The notes under the pieces were generated by a model. The model was not told the DNA's origin. It ran no database searches and saw only the letters and a program-made list of their open reading frames with translations. Both the position numbers and the translations under genes were made by a program. Shown piece after piece: positions 61,082 to 64,000 of a DNA stretch of 64,000 nt. Within the stretch, counting starts at the first letter, position 1. Every line of letters begins with the position of its first letter. Source of the stretch: Takakia lepidozioides (taxonomy: Eukaryota; Plantae; Bryophyta); assembly GCA_030704615.1 (NCBI GenBank), contig CM060734.1, forward strand, positions 16,120,001 through 16,184,000, in the 5' to 3' direction.

Positions 61082-64000
61082 TGAATGGGATGGTTATGCC
61101 TTGTGTGACCGAGGATGATTTCAAGGCTGGGTGCACTGGATGCCTGGCTGAGTTGTGCATTGCATTGCATGGTAGATATGCTGCTGTTGGAGAAGTGAGG
61201 AACCTGTAGACCAAGATTAGAGAGAGAGAGAAAAGGATTTGGGAAGGGAGAGAGCTGCTCAGTAAAAGGGGTTGATGGGGGATGGCCAATTTGGGGAGAT
61301 GAGATGAAGAAAACATGAACCCTGAAAGAGACCAGTGGCCCTGCAGTTCATGGCAGATCTGAGCTGCCTCCCTCTAAATCTGTGTCACCATTACAAAGGG
61401 GGCTTCCGACGTATCACTGCTCAAGGGAGCTTCACATTAAGGGTCGTGTTCAGCGCTGTCATAGGGCTAGTTGCATCACAGAAAAGATCATGGCAGCACT
61501 ATTAGCGTTGTGATCATAGGGCAAGGCTGTTGTATAAAAGTAGAACCAAGAGCAGGAACAATTCAAAACTCCCCATCCATGTCTTCTATTCCGCTGCGGC
61601 GTGGATGAGGATTGCATGAACTCTGATCACGAATGAACTAAGGGAAACCCACAGCCATGTGAAGATGGTTGGATCACTAGAACGTTCTTTCCTTTTGCTT
61701 TGACTTCAACTGGGGAGGAGTACAGATTAGAATCACCCAGAAGGGGATTCACGCCCCTTCTTTTCACACTACACTATCTTACTCATGGTCAATGCCCACC
61801 CAGTTATGGGAAAGAATGGAGAAAGAGAATAGCTATCAAGGCTTTACCTTACACTATGATAGGCTGCAGAATGTATAAGCTAGGACTTGATGGAGTTCTT
61901 AAACGATGCTTGTACCACCATGAAGTAAATAAAGTTTTGGAGGAAGTTCATAAAGGAGTGGCTGGAGGACATTTTGGAGAAGAGACTACAAGTAGGAAGA
62001 TACTACTTGCAGGTTACTGGTGGCCTACTTTGTTCAAGGATGTACACAAGTACTACAAGAGTTCTGATGAGTGTCAGAGGCTAGGACCATTGCAGAGATC
62101 TGGAAAGATGGCTTTGCATCCTACGATGCCTACTGAACCATTTCAGAAGTGGGGACTAGACTTTGTTGGACCAATAAACCCACTAGCCAGAAATACACAG
62201 AACAAGTATATAATTACAGCCACTGATTATACTACAAAGTGGGTAGAAGCTAAGGCTTTGAGGGACAACACAACGTCTACAACAAGGTTCATGTATGAGA
62301 ACATACTCACAAGATTTACCTTGCCTGTTTGATTGGTACTGACCCTGGTTCCAATTCAATCTTATGCTAACAAATCTCAGGTGGTATCCCTTTCAGATCC
62401 TCATAACTCCATGCAAATACATCTCTGTATTTGATGAACAGACTCTTGGCTTCATCAAAGAATTCTGGCTCCAAATCAGCCCCCACTTTCATCAATCTTG
62501 GTTCCTCCTCCGTTCCCACATTCACTTCTCTCAACTGCTCCTCTGCTGTGATTGTCCATCCAGCCACAACTTCATCCTGCAAACTCACAGTGGCTGGTTT
62601 TTCTAGGATTTCCATTTCTCCCTCTCTTTCCTCATAGAAATATGGTGGGTAACTACTTGTTTCACCCGCAATTGGTGTGGCTGTTACTGCACCACAGCAG
62701 ATACCTTTAAAACAACTCAGACCTCCCAGTTGCATTTCTGCAACATGTTCCCACTCTGGGTGTGTAGCAAACAGGGCAGCTTCCTGCTCCTCATCAAGTC
62801 CTCCCCTCCAGTCATACTCTCTGACTCCACGAGGTCTTCTGGTAGCAGATAGCCTACTGGATTTCTTAGTGCTGACCTGTATCTTGTGCTTCCCATCATG
62901 TACATTCAGTAACTGGGAATTCCATTCATGGAATACCCTGGCCGGTTTCAGCCATGGTTGACCCAGTAATAAGGAGTAAGCTTCCATAACATCGTCCATT
63001 TTCAACATAGTCACTGTGATCTTAAATATCATCTTTTGAATCCATATCTTAACTCCCCTTATCAAGCCTAAAGGCTGTACACTCCTTTGATCTGCCATTG
63101 TTATTGTGAATGGGGCTGGTTTCATACTACTCAGACCAAGCTTCTGCCTTGATTGGTCTGTCATGATATTCACCCCCGAGCCTCCATCTATCAGTACATC
63201 GGTCAAATCTGTGCTTCCAATTCTCAATTGGAACACTGGCATAGAATCATCAAAGTCCATGACTGTTTCTCGCCCTTCTGGCTTCACATTATAGCTTGTC
63301 ACCTTGCTGTTCAAGTCTGTGTTCTATGTCACATGAGCAATCTGATTAATCGCTTGATACAGCCTGTGCCTACAATGAGGTGCCACAGCCAATAGCTGTC
63401 CAATGGTAATCTCAGCTTTGGTCTGGCATATTACTTCAGCCAAAATCCCTTCATTGCTCTGCACTTGCGCAGCTTCTTTCTTCACTTCCTCTTCACCCTC
63501 TCCATCTTCTCTATCAGAGTCAGAAGTATCTGCCATAGGAATATCAATATTCTGGTCATTGTTCCTTCTTGGCTGGGGCTGCACTTGATGCACCCTTACT
63601 TGCCTAGGTTCTCTTGCAGCCGTCCTTCTGTTGTAATAACAATTCTCTTTAGAATGGTTATCTATTTTACAGATAGTACAGTGTTTCTCCTTTATGTGGC
63701 ATTCAACTGTGGTATGGCCTTCATTCTGGCATTTTGCACACCAAACACCCTTCTTCCAATGTGTTGCAGCCTCTGTGGCATACTTCTTCAAGATCTCCTC
63801 CAGTCTTTTCTCATAGTTTCCCCTCTTCAACTTCTCATTTTTCTTACTCTTTCTTTTGAGCTCTTGCTCTTCTTCCTCATCTGACTCATCCTCAAAGTCC
63901 TCATCATCCCTTCTATCTCTTCTGAGCATTCCCAATTGCTCAATCCTGTTGGCTATTTCAAATGCTCCTCCATTGTATTATGGGGTAACATATCCACTTT
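52816..64000 (-). mobile_element. Family B copy 4: gag, protease, inverted RT-RH-INT block, INT C-terminus, extra ORF, PPT, truncated 3' LTR
   Basis: Gag knuckles CAKCQNEGHTTVEC and CTICKIDNHSKENC (63324-63935); protease LIDGGSGVNIM (62367-63314); inversion 58216-62317; INT 56902-58215; extra ORF 53426-56770; LTR starts at 53387. Confidence 0.92.
59557..61773. mobile_element. 2.2-kb non-coding insertion with TGT..ACA inverted termini (solo LTR or non-autonomous Ginger-like element)
   Basis: Starts TGTAGTGTGAA and ends TTCACACTACA (11-bp perfect IR, ~24-bp imperfect). Flanks CTAC/CTAT are consistent with a 4-bp TSD. Splits the pol codons PIRYY|LTHG. Internal (GA)n at ~61046-61078. Confidence 0.8.

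Overview
Eukaryotic, TE-dense window with no recognisable host gene and one 500-N assembly gap (25450-25949). The host is most likely a land plant, possibly a non-seed plant; this is inferred from GT-AG introns, plant-type Ty3/Gypsy elements and frequent CAG>TAG decay. Contents: (i) a young, near-intact chromovirus LTR retrotransposon (28566-35540, TSD CGTAC), plus a solo LTR and a partial LTR of the same family; (ii) four decayed copies of a second, non-chromovirus Gypsy family ('family B') with a long extra 3' ORF, three of them internally rearranged; (iii) LINE remnants, minisatellites and small unclassified elements. The most interesting item is (iv) a ~12 kb Mutator-like DNA transposon (~13462-25449). 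Its minus strand encodes a disabled GCM/WRKY-like Zn-finger + MULE DDE + SWIM transposase. Divergently on the plus strand it carries an apparently intact 9-10 exon gene for a ParB/Srx-like domain fused to a beta-class N6-adenine/N4-cytosine DNA methyltransferase fold. The predicted first intron of that gene holds an array of ~17 40-bp palindromes at ~114-bp spacing. Hypothesis: a transposon-borne, parABS-like 'load-and-mark' epigenetic module. All domain calls are from motif recognition by eye; no database searches were run.
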